DNA from: Diplonema japonicum
Lineage: Eukaryota; Protista; Euglenozoa: Diplonemea
Assembly (NCBI GenBank): GCA_964019335.1
Contig: OZ025750.1
Span: 1 to 64,000 of the forward strand
Reading direction: 5' to 3'
Length of the DNA: 64,000 nt
This document shows, piece after piece, positions 12,420 to 23,794 of this stretch (positions within the stretch are counted from its first letter, which is position 1; the number at the start of each line of letters is the position of its first letter). The position numbers and the translations under genes are program-made. The notes under the pieces are model-generated. The model searched no databases. It was not told the DNA's origin and saw only the letters and a list, made by a program, of their open reading frames with translations.

Positions 12420-13871
12420 ATGAGCATCACGGTGTTTGTAAGGACGCCTTCCGAAGTGCATGCTGTGGATATCACAGGCAGCGAGACGATGCAATGCTTG
12501 TATGACAAGGCTGCCAAGGCCACTGGTGCGGCAGGCAACGCGTTTCTGTTGAAGTACGAGGAGGTCACGCTGCAGAGAGACGACTCTAGCCAGATACAGA
12601 GCACCGACCTCATGGACGGGTGCGAGGTGACACAGTACAGGAAGAGGGAGTACCGGGCCCCTGTGGAGGACTTCGCGGACCGCAATAAGCTAACACAGAT
12701 ACTGCAATGCTTGAATGAGGACCCCGGTTTGTTCGCCATCGCTGATGTACCCAGCAAGGAGGTCCTAGTCCTCCGCACCGCCATCAACGTCCGTGAGATA
12801 TGTGTGGCAGACCCCTCGAACAAGGTGACCACAATAGGGGAGTATTTCATGAGCCCGCGCCCCGAGAACTTCCATGGACGTCCTGTTGGGTCCATCATAT
12901 CTTTCGACATCCCTGGGGCGACGGTGGCGAGTTTTTGTTTCTGCCGAAAATTGACGAACCTCAGTGCGGTGGATCTTACAGGCCTCCCGTGCCTGACTAC
13001 AGTGGCAAGCGACTTTCTTACCGACTGTCCTCAACTCACATCGGTCTACCTGCCACCTTCGCTCAAGGAGATCGGCGAGAATTTCCTGTCTCACAACCCT
13101 CTGTTGAAATATGTCGATCTCACCCCTCTTAGTAACGTGGTGCATATTGGGAGCGGCTTTTTGTCTCACACAGGGCTCACCACTGTTGATTTAAGCCCTT
13201 TGTCGGGGGTGCTGTCTAGGAAGGTAAGCATGAACTTCCTTTCACATTGCGGTTCGTTGTCGGCGGTCGATCTCTCCCCTCTCAAAGGGGTGGTGACTAT
13301 CGGGGACAGGTTTCTTTCCGAGGCGGGTGTCACCTCACTGGACCTTTCCCCTCTGGATGGCGTTAGGTCGATCGGCGACTTCTTTCTTTCAGGCACCAAG
13401 ATCTCATCGTTGGACCTGGCGCCGTTGTCTGCCATACGGCACAGATCGCTGGATGGCACCTTGTCCATGAGGGTCGGAAACAATTTCCTTTCAAACTGCG
13501 GGTTGTTGACACACCTCGACCTCGCCCCGCTGAAGGGAGTAGTGGCTGTCGGTGACCAGTTCTTGGCGAAAACAGGGATTTCTTCTCTAGACATCACTGG
13601 TCTCCAAGGCGTCCTGTCAATCGGAAAGAATTTCCTTGCAGGAACTGGCATCATTTCCATTGACCTGAGTCCACTGTCAGGCACGAAGTCCATCGGTGGA
13701 AGCTTTCTGGCAGGCACACCCATTACCTCCATTAATGTTAACCCCTTGCAGCATCTGGACAGTGTTGGTGCTGATTTTCTGAAGGGGTGTGACTCTCTTG
13801 GAGCGGTCGACCTTTCGCCTCTTCGGGGCGTGAGAAAGGAGGGGCGGCCGAAGACGTGCTGTATTGCATAA
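12420..13871 (+). CDS. Ubl-LRR protein with C-terminal CaaX-like motif
   Basis: ATG at 12420 (MSITVFVRT, ubiquitin-like beta-grasp), LRRs of type VDLSPLxGVxxIGxxFL, ends KTCCIA. Confidence 0.85.
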   Translation: MSITVFVRTPSEVHAVDITGSETMQCLYDKAAKATGAAGNAFLLKYEEVTLQRDDSSQIQSTDLMDGCEVTQYRKREYRAPVEDFADRNKLTQILQCLNEDPGLFAIADVPSKEVLVLRTAINVREICVADPSNKVTTIGEYFMSPRPENFHGRPVGSIISFDIPGATVASFCFCRKLTNLSAVDLTGLPCLTTVASDFLTDCPQLTSVYLPPSLKEIGENFLSHNPLLKYVDLTPLSNVVHIGSGFLSHTGLTTVDLSPLSGVLSRKVSMNFLSHCGSLSAVDLSPLKGVVTIGDRFLSEAGVTSLDLSPLDGVRSIGDFFLSGTKISSLDLAPLSAIRHRSLDGTLSMRVGNNFLSNCGLLTHLDLAPLKGVVAVGDQFLAKTGISSLDITGLQGVLSIGKNFLAGTGIISIDLSPLSGTKSIGGSFLAGTPITSINVNPLQHLDSVGADFLKGCDSLGAVDLSPLRGVRKEGRPKTCCIA

Positions 13872-14129
13872 GTGGTTAAGGAAAGAAGAAAAAGAAATGA
13901 TCCCTTCGTAAATAAAGAAAAAAGAAAAGATGCTGTTGTTTAGGTACCAGGAGTGGTGCCACGTGCACTAAATGCTAAAGAAGACTGACATACTTATTTT
14001 ATTTTGACACTCTTTTTTTATTTATTTTTGGATGGCGAGGAGCTACACGGGATCTTGCCAAGGGAACGAATTACCGACAAGCCCACCGACTAACCCCACC
14101 GACTGGCCGTCTACTTTCATTTTCCTACA

Positions 14130-14370
14130 TGTTTTTCGGTCCCGGGTATGACGTTAAACTGCGTCCGCCAACGCGTCTGAACCAGCACTTCCTGGCGACC
14201 AGGCCGTCTTTTTTTCTCTTTTCTTTTTCCGCTTCGTTCTGTTATTTTCATATTCTTTCCGGCTATAGACTGATACGGGCCTATTCCTGGTACGTGGGAG
14301 GCTCCTCTTGAGGATGTCAGTCACCTTTATTCTTTTTTATTCGACTCTCTGTTTTCGTATGCAGTATTTA
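14130..14370 (+). mobile_element. Short structured element family B (copy with deleted arm)
   Basis: Aligns to 41650-41908; core 14268-14322 lacks the GCA-ACCTC-TGC arm. Confidence 0.7.
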
Positions 14371-14609
14371 TCCTTCTTCACTTGTTTTTTTTATACTTTT
14401 TCGCTTTTTATTCCCACTTGCAAATATAAACAAATGAAGTGTAATCAAATAAAAAAGAAAGGAAAAAAAAAAAAAAAAAAAAAAAAACGTGCGTGGCATA
14501 AGTGGTTATTTCCCCCAATGGCCTAGAAAACGATCCGGCGTCCACTCTGTCCAAACGTTGAATCCCTGCATTAAAGAAAACTAACCGACACTCTTTGTTT
14601 CCAGGTGTC

Positions 14610-14860
14610 ATCACCGGTAGCGCCCGAGTGGAAGATCATAAAGCAGACGCTCAGGGTGACGAACAGGCAGCAAACTGCACGAGCGCAGAATCTTGGTTAC
14701 CCGGGACGCACCGGCTGGGGTTGAGCTGCACGCATTAAGGACACGACGCGGAACGCAGAAGAAGCTACAACTCGGCCGCGGTGCGCCCCCTGTAATCAAG
14801 TAGACAGTTCTTGTGCAGGGCGCCGCCAACACCGGCCTCCTTTAACTCATATATTTTTTT
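14610..14860 (+). mobile_element. Short retroelement 3' fragment with stem-loop and T tail
   Basis: Related to 21630-21752 and 30369-30435; ends CTCCTTTAACTCATATA-T-tract like the LINE tails. Confidence 0.6.
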
Positions 14861-15099
14861 TCTCCGTGTTGTAGGTAAGTGGGATACCATCCTTAACCAA
14901 CAAAACAAGAAGGGGGGAAAAAAAAAAATAAAGAAAAAGAGAATATGAGCTTGTCCGGAAAAAAATGTCAACAAATGACCCTCTTTTGCAACGGAAAATC
15001 CTCGGAAAATTTCTAAGTAGAAAAGTAGTCCGACACCACTTTGTGTGCAGAATTGCGGTCTAAGTGTGTTAACTCCACTTCCCCCATCACGCTCTTAAC

Positions 15100-17830
15100 A
15101 TGGACCCCCATCAACTGGTCCAGAGAGCCCAGAGCCTGCTCGCAGGCGAACTTTCCGAGGAGAACAGAAGCCTCGTCCTGACCACCCTAGGCTGCATCCT
15201 GCAGCTGGTCGAGATGGCACAGAAGTCCTCACCCCAGCAGCCCACTCCGCTACAGGCCCAAGTTCAACAACAGCAATACCAAAATTCCTCACCACAACCC
15301 CAACAATCGTACACGCAACAGCCGCCACTCAAGCAACAGCAACAGGTTCAGCAGCAACAATATCAACAGCCTAAAGGACAACCTCACAAGCAGCAAGGCA
15401 AGAATAGTCAGCAGCAACAACCCACCACCAAGACGAACGAGAAGAGGACCCCGCCAAGGAAGGCTTCAAGAGGTAACACCAAGTCCTACCTTGGAGCCGC
15501 CACCAACTGGATGAGCAGACCAGGCCCCGCCAAACCCCCCTTAGCCCTGATCCAGCAGCACTGGGGAGATATGCAGATACACAACGCGCTCCCGGACAAA
15601 CTCACGACAGGAATATATTTTAATCCCGCAGACCCTGTCCAACTCTCCGCACGCCTCAAGGCCCTCGGCCTGACTTTCAGAATCATCAGCACCCGACCAT
15701 TCTCTGGTGGAACCGAGTCCGACTCCCCAACCTCGAGGGGCATTATGAAAACCTGGGTCCTGGGGGACGAAGTACTACCGCAAGCCATGGACGCCCCTCC
15801 CAAGGACAGCAAAGGGACCGTTATTCTCAAGGCAGTGATTGCAAAGGACCATTGCTCAGCTGCACAGTGGAAGCGAACAGCGGACGGCAATGCCATTAAA
15901 AGAATGACACTTCTAGCGGCGCGAGACAAGGAGGGTCCCTTCAAGGTAACCCCGCAAAACGTCTTCAGGATCAACCGCTCGACCGAGAACAACACCGCCT
16001 CTGCCCTGGCGGGTGGACCCTGAGCACGCGATTAGACTGCTGGTCGCATCGGGAGACCAATGTGTATTCTGGACACACGCGTTCGCTGCAGACAGACTGG
16101 AGGTCATCCAGTTGAAGAAGGGGATCAAGGCGGCCGATGTCCCCACAGCATCAATAGGCACCTACGCCGATCGGACTGGCCCTAATGCTACCGAGAGGAG
16201 CAGTCCGCAGCGAGGTACTGGCAAGGGTCAACCTCCCGGCGCGGAAGGCTGGGGACAAATATATCCTGGAAGGGTGCCTCAGCTGGGAACACCCGTGTGA
16301 CTTGATGAACGACCTCGCAGGATGTGGATGGTCCATTAGCCACTTGGACAGACTAGAAGGTTCGAGATGGCTCGTTCGGGCCACCACCCCTCCCACTGCC
16401 AGGCTTATTGCGAGGGGGGAAAAACTTCATTCCCTGACGATTAGGGACTGGACTCGTGAAGATGCACCAAACAAGAACGAAAGAAGCTTCCGGGGGAAAC
16501 AGCATAGGGTGAAACTGTCGGAGGCAGAATTCCCTCAAGGGCGGCGCAGGAGAAAGCACAGGCGGAGGCTGCCAGGGCCGAGAGCTCACGGAAGAGGGGA
16601 GAATCGGAGACCCACGCACAGACGTCGCCGAGCCCCAAGAATCAAAAGATCTGACAGGAGGGTCTGAGGCATCTCGGGGAAATTCTATCCCTCCCCGTCA
16701 TCATCATTATTAGTCTATCAATCATTGACCTCCTAACCTTTTCGGCCACACCACGCCCCTTTGCCCCTCTCTCCTGCGACTGGTCCGGCTCCCCGACCGA
16801 GAACAATAATCTGATCTACTCGTTGGCAATAATCCACCTCCCGCGGGCGCATTTCCTCATTATGAAAAGGTCGAAGCGGTCCATTGCGCGAGAAGCGAGG
16901 AAACGGCTCATGACACACGGTGACGTCCACCCTAATCCGGGGCCCGAGAAGGGGAAAAAGGAAATCACTATTATCTCTGTGAACGTGACGAACCTCCTAA
17001 ATCAGCTGAACAGGGTCAAACTACAGGAGTTTGACGTGATTTGCCTGCAAGAGACCGCCCTTACGCAAGCGGGGCAATGGATGATGGACAAGGAAGCGAA
17101 GCAAGACGTTTTCCTAAAAGAACACCGTCTCTTTTGGGGACCCCCACAACAGGGGAAGGTGTCAAAAGGTGCAGCACGTTCCGGTCATTGTGACAGGAGA
17201 CTTCAACACTACGATAATGGACTCCCCGGTCCTCTCGTACGCCCTCTCTCAACATTGGACAGACGCTTCGAACAAGATATCGCGCCTACATGGAACACTA
17301 GCATGCCAATCAGAAGGCGGCTGAGGCACTTCTGATTCATTCAGAATCCCGAGATCCCATCCCAGATCCCCAATCCTATTTCTCGCAGAAACAGAGAACA
17401 CCACCAACCCCCCCACTACAGCAGCCGACGAGACAGATGCAGCAGTGAAAATAAAAACCCCCCTGAACAAGTTTTCCCCCACCCCTATAACGTGATAAAA
17501 AAAAAAAAAAAAAAAAAAAAAAAGTGTAAAGTGCCAAACAACCAGCAAAGCTTGTGGATGAGAACACCAGTACGGTCATGAGTACCCGGGCAACCGGGTG
17601 AGCGTCTCGAGACACTTCCAACCCACCTAGTGGGTGCGGCCTTAGCAAGTCGAAAAGGAAGTGGAATTTAAAAAAAAAAAAAAAAAAAAGCCCCTCCCAC
17701 CTTCGTAACTGCAACAGCGAAGACCAGGCCAGACTACATCTCGATGAACAAGACAGCAGCGATGGCGCTGATCGACTGCCAGACTCTGGACATTGGCGTA
17801 CCCTCACACCTGCCTGTTGAGGTCCTTCGA
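15100..17830 (+). mobile_element. Decayed 5' half of an APE-type non-LTR retrotransposon (family 2): ORF1, UGA, linker, 2A-like motif, APE
   Basis: Q-rich ORF1 in frameshifted pieces ending ..PKNQKI-TGA (16652-16654); open in-frame linker to GDVHPNPGP (16919-16945); APE motifs ISVNVTNL and DVICLQET; further APE scraps to ~17830. Confidence 0.85.
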
Positions 17831-18031
17831 AGATTTTGACAAAAACCGATCCGGGACTTTGGGTCAGGATCATTTATATCTCAGGCGTCCTGCCACATAC
17901 CGCGGGTACCCTTAAATAAAAAAAGAAAAATGTCTCTTTTTTAACTTTTCTTTTTTTTTATATTTCCTTGTAAGATCACTTTCAAAAACAGGCTTGAGAG
18001 GAAGAGAACAGAAAACACAACAAAAAAAAAA

Positions 18032-19186
18032 ATGAACGATATGACAGTGTTCGTGAAGACGGAAGGCGGGGTCCACAATGTGGAAGTGTCGGGGAAGGAG
18101 ACGGTGGGGAACCTGTACAAGAAGGCGGGGTGTGCTGCTGGTTTACTCGAAGGCAAGTTCAAACTGGTTTTGGAAGGGGAAGTCCTGGACAAGAACGGCG
18201 GTAAAGAGCTTCAGGAGCTTGGGCTCGTGGAGGGCTCCGTGGTCCATGTGGAGGCGAAGATGAGAACAGTTCGTCTGGAGGAGCTGAAGGACGAGAATTC
18301 AGAAGTACTTTCGGAGCTTGAGGGTCTTGTGTCAGCTGACCCTGAGCTGGTTCTGGTGGTGGAGGTGGGGGACTCGCCAGATGTCGGGGACTTGTTCATG
18401 AAATGGACAAACCTTCCTTCTGCTCTTCGGTTCCTCGTTGTCACCGACTCCACAGGCTGTGTTACAAGTATAGACGAAACTTTTCTTCAATATTGCAACA
18501 ACCTGAGATCTGTCGATCTCATCCTCCCCAATGTTTCTACCATTCAATGCGATATCTTAAAGAGCTGCTTCTCACTGGTATTCGTCGACTTGAGTTCGAT
18601 GACCAAAATAGCTTCCATTGATGATTCCTTCCTGTCAAGGTGCCACAAACTAGAAACCATCAACTTGAATGCGATGACCAATCTTAATTCTATTGGTGAT
18701 GATTTCTTGTCTGGGTGCATCAATTTAAGAACCATCAACTTGAATGCGATGACCAATGTTAATTCTATTGGTTCTCACTTCTTGTATGGTTGTGAAAACC
18801 TTGAAACCATCAATTTGAGTTCGATGACCAATCTTAATTCTATTGGTGCTGAATTCTTGAATGGTTGCAAGAAACTAAAAACCATCAACCTAAATGCGAT
18901 GACCAATCTTTCTTCCGTTGGGAGTGGCTTCTTGTTTAGTTGCAAGAAACTAGAAACCATCGACTTGAGTTCAGCAACCAATCTCTTTTCTATTGGTTCT
19001 TACTTTTTAGATGGCTGCGAAAATGTAGCTGCCATCTACCTGAGTTCGACCAATATTTCTTCCATTGGTTCTCACTTCTTGTCAGGGTGCGAAAAACTTG
19101 AAACCATCGTTTTGAGGGGAGGGGGTGATAATTTTAACAGTCTCTTAAAGGCACAGATACCAACGGGGGTAACAATACAGAAATAA
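18032..19186 (+). CDS. Ubl-LRR protein
   Basis: N-terminal MTVFVKT..LVLEGEVL Ubl, linker, then 22-aa LRRs LETINLNAMTNLNSIGxxFLxGC; paralog of 45087. Confidence 0.9.
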   Translation: MNDMTVFVKTEGGVHNVEVSGKETVGNLYKKAGCAAGLLEGKFKLVLEGEVLDKNGGKELQELGLVEGSVVHVEAKMRTVRLEELKDENSEVLSELEGLVSADPELVLVVEVGDSPDVGDLFMKWTNLPSALRFLVVTDSTGCVTSIDETFLQYCNNLRSVDLILPNVSTIQCDILKSCFSLVFVDLSSMTKIASIDDSFLSRCHKLETINLNAMTNLNSIGDDFLSGCINLRTINLNAMTNVNSIGSHFLYGCENLETINLSSMTNLNSIGAEFLNGCKKLKTINLNAMTNLSSVGSGFLFSCKKLETIDLSSATNLFSIGSYFLDGCENVAAIYLSSTNISSIGSHFLSGCEKLETIVLRGGGDNFNSLLKAQIPTGVTIQK

Positions 19187-19345
19187 AAAAAAAAAGAAGA
19201 AATCTTAGTACTTTAGCAAGGGCAGCCTTAGCTCTTTTCTACTAGTATTAGCGACACCTCACAAGTAACAAAAAAAAAAAAAGATTTCATTTCGCCTTCT
19301 TTTTCATGGTTTAAGGTTTATTAAAATCGAGACAACTTTATTATT

Positions 19346-20305
19346 TCGGAAGAGGAAGGGGACGAGACACACGAGCGTGTGAACAAGAGACCAACAACAG
19401 ACGAAGTCACATGCGACGCGTGCGGTGCGGAGGAGGACGAGAGCAACATGCTGCGACACGCACTATGGGAATGCAGTGTGGCGAAGGAGGTGCAACAGAA
19501 GGAAGTACATGCAGAAGTAGTGGCCAACAAGACGGAAATGCCAATCTGCATGCAGCTACATGGAACGCTCCCGCGTGGTCACCGATCACACCAACACCGG
19601 CTGAGGAAGACGCAGTAGTACTTGCTGGAAGTGGTGGCAAAACGAGACCAGCTTCTCCAGGACAAGAGAATGCTAGAAACGTACACGACGCACCCCTGGG
19701 AACAGATAACGGAAGGAAACGCTCATGCGCCACCTGAATGGAAGGAGCTGAGGAAGCATGTGAGCGGGAGCCTGATGATGAAGCACGGTGAAGACATCGT
19801 CAAGTGGCTCAAAAAGCTGAAGTGGTACGATGGACCGAGGAAGACGACAGTCACCACAATGGAACTCGTACTAGACTTCGAGAACACGCTGGGCGTCGAG
19901 CCGATCACGGGGAAGAAGGGTGATCTAGACATGATACAGAAGAAAGCGCGGAGTTTCCACGGCCTCCTGGAAAGAATCCAAGAAGGGTGGGACACAGCAC
20001 GCATACAGAAGAAGGTCAGAGGCAAGCGGATCTTCCCAGCGGAGAGCAAGAAGAACCACGCGCTTAGAACCATAGGTGCGAAGAAGAGTCTGGGATGGAA
20101 CGAAGGCCAGTTTTTGCATCAGAGAAAACCAAGAAGGACCTTAAGAAACTGGGCAGAAAGTGGCAGAAAGAGAGGATACTTTGAGAAAGGCAACACAGCC
20201 AAAAAAGAAAGAAAGGCCGAGGCCCCAGAAGGGAGAAAGGGGTAGATAAGTAAAGACAAGGGGGACGTTCCAAAACAGGAACCTCCTTTATCTCATCACA
20301 TTATT
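19346..20305 (+). mobile_element. 5'-truncated non-LTR retrotransposon (zinc knuckle, C-terminal domain, tail)
   Basis: CDAC..RHALWEC knuckle, WLKKLKW..TTMELVLDFE domain, 3' stem-loop AAGGGG..GTTCC/GGAAC..CTCCTT. Confidence 0.85.
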
Positions 20306-20314
20306 TTCCACTTA

Positions 20315-21540
20315 CTGTAAAACAAAAATCCACCGGAAGATAAAATATCCGGACCGCCGAAACATCCGGTGGTTTCTTCCGGACATTTTATCTTCCGGAC
20401 ATTCTTTTGGGCACTTTTCTAAGGGGGTACCTAGCCTGACCTACGCACTGCCCCCTCTGTCTGGAAAACTTATATTTCTGTTGCAAGAGTCTTAAGAACG
20501 GCAAAAATAAAATTCAAATTAACTCCAGCCTTTTGGGGGGTGCAACACGAGGGACGGACCCGAGGTATTTCCTGCCGCGAGCTGGTTCTGTTTTTCCCGT
20601 GTAAATTAGCTGCGGGTGCAGTTTGCCACCAGTCAGGGAAACGCAAAACTGTCCGGTGACGGCGCGCTTGTCCTAAATCCCTAACCTTGACAACCTTGGG
20701 ACCCCTTTTCGTCTTCTTCCCAGCGGCAGCAGCTGGTCCATGTTCCAGGTCAACCGGCCTGATCTTTGTGAACCTCCTCGCTGCTTGGGTGTCTTTGGGG
20801 CTGCTAGACTTCCCTATTGTTGTCGGCTTGTGATGCCATGCTTGGAGCACAGCTGGTTGGCCCTCTGCATACAGGCAGATGTCCGACGCTGCTACCGGCA
20901 CCCCCCTTCCGTTCTGCATCTGGATCTAAACAAAGAGCCTTGTTGTTTCTTCCTAGTTCAGAAGAGGCTTGCGACCCGCAGTAACGGGTGCGGCAGGGGG
21001 ATCGACCTTGGAGCTACCAAAGCGGTGCTTCCAGTCTGATATACTGGACATTGGCTCCATGACGCAAACCCGCAAAAAATAAGAACAACCCTAAAGCAAG
21101 CACAAGAAATGGTTTGGTTCAACAAGCTTGTGGTAGAAGCAAACAATCAGGATCTGAGGTGTCTTTTAGTTCTTGGAAAAGTCCGTAATTCAATTCTCTG
21201 ATTTTTGTTTGATTTTCTCTTGCTATAGAAACTAGTTTCATCTGTTTTCGGGTCCAGCCCTTTAATAAAAGGGGGGTCCCAGGAAAAAAAGGAAGAAAAA
21301 ATATCCGGACCGCCAGAGCTTCCGGACATTATCCTTCGAACGGCCGCCCCGGGGCATCCTCTGCTCAACCCGGCGGACGTGGGAGGCCCTTCTTCGGAAG
21401 GTGCCAGTCGCTTGATCAGTGTCGTCGAATGCGCGCTATATTTTATATTTTATAAATACAGATAACAATCGATTGAAAGAAGAAGAACGTTTACCTAGAG
21501 CTTCCGGACATTTTTTCTTCCGGTGATTTTTGTTTAACAG
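20315..21540 (-). mobile_element. pogo-type transposon relative, decayed, carrying a nested family A insertion
   Basis: TA-CTGTAAAACAAAAATC ... GATTTTTGTTTAACAG-TA; KTKRGPKVVKVRDLG matches KTKRGAKVVKVRGLG of the 9288 element. Confidence 0.8.
21331..21496 (+). mobile_element. Family A element with target-site duplication
   Basis: Flanked by AGAGCTTCCGGACATT at 21315-21330 and 21497-21512. Confidence 0.85.
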
Positions 21541-21629
21541 TATTTGATTTTTCTTAGTAAAAAAAAAAAAAAAGAAAAAAAAAAGAAAAGCGAAGAGAGA
21601 GAGAGAAAAAAAAAGTACTGTAGAAAGTA

Positions 21630-21880
21630 CAAACTGCATGAACGCAGAATCTTGGGGCACACCGCACGCAACGAACGAGAAGCTCAGCTCGGCCGAGTTG
21701 CGTCCCCTGTCAAGTAGACATCCTTTATCTCTTTTATATTTTCTTTTTTTTTGCAAGAACGAGTCTTTGACTTGTCTAAAACAAAAGGGGAACATTGGCA
21801 ACGTGCTCCGGGTTGACAAGCTTTTCCAGGTTTTTACCCGGCACGTACAAACAAGGGCCAGTTCCTCTTTTTTTTCTTTT
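21630..21880 (+). repeat. Two abutting short T-tailed retroelement fragments
   Basis: 21630-21752 resembles 14670-14860; 21752-21870 matches the reverse complement of 40787-41085 minus an internal ~180 bp. Confidence 0.6.
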
Positions 21881-21979
21881 TTTTTTTTTCTTTTCTTTTT
21901 TGTAATACTTTCGTTTAGTTTTTCATTTTTTTTCCAATTCGAGAAAAAAAAAAAAAAAAAGAAAAAAAAAGGTGGAACT

Positions 21980-22618
21980 ATGGCATGGAAATCTCGACTT
22001 TACGGGATGGCGACTGACATGCGGTACTTCGTTGTTGGGTGGGTTGGGGGAAATTGGGCTTCCTGCTACATCGACGTGTGCGAAGTAAAAGGGCGGTCGA
22101 TGGACCCATCTCTGAGCGAAAACAGAGGCGACAGGGTTGTGGTTCTGAAGCACGGGTATCCAAAGAACGATCTTTTAAAGGGAAAAGTGTACACCATCCG
22201 CAATCCATCCGACCCAGAAAAGACCATCATTAAAAGGCTTGTGGGAACTGAGGGAGAACGTTATTACTGCAACGGAAGGGGTCCCGTAACGGTCCCACAA
22301 GGACACATTTGGGTAGAGGGTGACAACAGCCTCTTTTCGGAAGACTCCAGGTACTACGGTGCAATCCCCGCGGGGCTCGTTATAGGCGAAGCGAAAGGCA
22401 TAATCTGGCCGTTCTCGGCAGCTAGCCGTATTCCTGACTTCGACATTTCAGGCAGGGAGTACCAGGAGCCCCCACCGCCCTTGGTGCTACCTGAACAACC
22501 TGCCCCCTCCGACGCGCTCATAGATGATCATGACTACCCTTACCAACCTTCCGACATCTGTGCAACTGATGTTGACATGCCTGAGGAGGCTGCCGACGCC
22601 CCTTCGACATCTGATTAG
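21980..22618 (+). CDS. Mitochondrial inner membrane peptidase subunit (IMP1/IMP2-like, peptidase S26)
   Basis: ATG at 21980; GRSMDPSL (catalytic Ser), IIKRLVG (catalytic Lys), VPQGHIWVEGDN, DSRYYG. Confidence 0.92.
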   Translation: MAWKSRLYGMATDMRYFVVGWVGGNWASCYIDVCEVKGRSMDPSLSENRGDRVVVLKHGYPKNDLLKGKVYTIRNPSDPEKTIIKRLVGTEGERYYCNGRGPVTVPQGHIWVEGDNSLFSEDSRYYGAIPAGLVIGEAKGIIWPFSAASRIPDFDISGREYQEPPPPLVLPEQPAPSDALIDDHDYPYQPSDICATDVDMPEEAADAPSTSD

Positions 22619-22746
22619 TCTTTTTATTTCATTTTTTTGCCCCCGTTTTCGTCTTTTATTGCCACCCCCCCCCCCCCCCTCTTTGTGTGGATGATCGGGG
22701 GGGGGAATAAAAAGGAAGCCGCCGAAGTAATAGGTAATTTGTAACC

Positions 22747-23664
22747 ATGCCCCATGTGCCCTTGGCTGTGGTTCTCACAGCATGGCTTCTCGCGTCAGTA
22801 TGCGACGGTAAAGGCAGCGGCCTGTTCATGACAAGGGCGTACCGGGCCCCAAGGGGTGCGGTGTACAGCTTGAGCACCAAGGAGGGAGGGTTCCAGACCA
22901 GCAACGTGTACCACAGGTACGCAGGGTCCCATACGTATTTCCTCCACTCCCGAGGGTCCCTGCACAGAGCAGCAGGGAGAGAACACTGTGACGAGGTGAA
23001 GCTGAACCCTGGGGCAACAAAACAATGGGTGGTAGCGCAGGTGGTTCTAAGCCCTGTGGAGGAGCTGACAATGGAGGGCTTGGAAGTGGACTTGGTGAGG
23101 GAGATTGCATACAGGGCCGGGTGTGGGCACCACCCCACTCAGGTGGTAATCAGCCTGAAATGCATCTTTCTCGATGTGGACAAAATGGAAATCAGCGAGG
23201 AGGACGCAACAACACCTTCCCTCTGCGCCGTGACAGGGACGGAACAGACAAGAGCAAGACGCCGGCTGCTTCAAAAGGAAAGCGAACACCCGCAACATCC
23301 GATGATTGTGGAGATCTTCGTTGGCGCCACTGGGAGAGAACATGCAGAGGAGCTCTCCGCCATCATCACCGCATTGACAACAGATGCCAGCAGCTCACTG
23401 GCAACCGCTTACTCCCTAAGGGCCTCGTCGTTCCTGACAAAGATATTCGATGGCACGGAAGAAGCTGGCAGTGGTGATGATGATGAGGAAGAAATCGATG
23501 AATTCGGGTTCTGGTTTTTCGTTTGTATAGTACTCATAGCGGCCGTCGTGTGTGGGGACTGTTGTGGTGCGGTGTTGCGCGCTATCTGTCGAAACACAAG
23601 AAACAAGGCACTCTTGGCTGCCTTTATTGCGATTTTGTTTTTCTGGTTTGCTGTGAATCTCTAA
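22747..23664 (+). CDS. Hypothetical signal-peptide protein with C-terminal TM helices
   Basis: Hydrophobic N-terminus, acidic patch, two hydrophobic C-terminal segments. Confidence 0.7.
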   Translation: MPHVPLAVVLTAWLLASVCDGKGSGLFMTRAYRAPRGAVYSLSTKEGGFQTSNVYHRYAGSHTYFLHSRGSLHRAAGREHCDEVKLNPGATKQWVVAQVVLSPVEELTMEGLEVDLVREIAYRAGCGHHPTQVVISLKCIFLDVDKMEISEEDATTPSLCAVTGTEQTRARRRLLQKESEHPQHPMIVEIFVGATGREHAEELSAIITALTTDASSSLATAYSLRASSFLTKIFDGTEEAGSGDDDEEEIDEFGFWFFVCIVLIAAVVCGDCCGAVLRAICRNTRNKALLAAFIAILFFWFAVNL

Positions 23665-23674
23665 ATCTTTTTCC

Positions 23675-23712
23675 ACCAACGATTCTAAAGCTACAGTTTC
23701 TGTACTTTATTG
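23675..23712 (+). ncRNA. Spliced-leader (mini-exon) sequence, diplonemid type
   Basis: ACCAACGATTCTAAAGCTACAGTTTCTGTACTTTATTG; the 3' half equals the conserved kinetoplastid/diplonemid SL end and the whole is close to the Diplonema SL as I recall it; followed by GT. Confidence 0.9.
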
Positions 23713-23794
23713 GTGTCCGACCGTGCCAATAAAGTTTCACTCAGTAACGGTTTGAAAAGAAAATACAAATATTGGAAGTAAAGAACGCGACATC

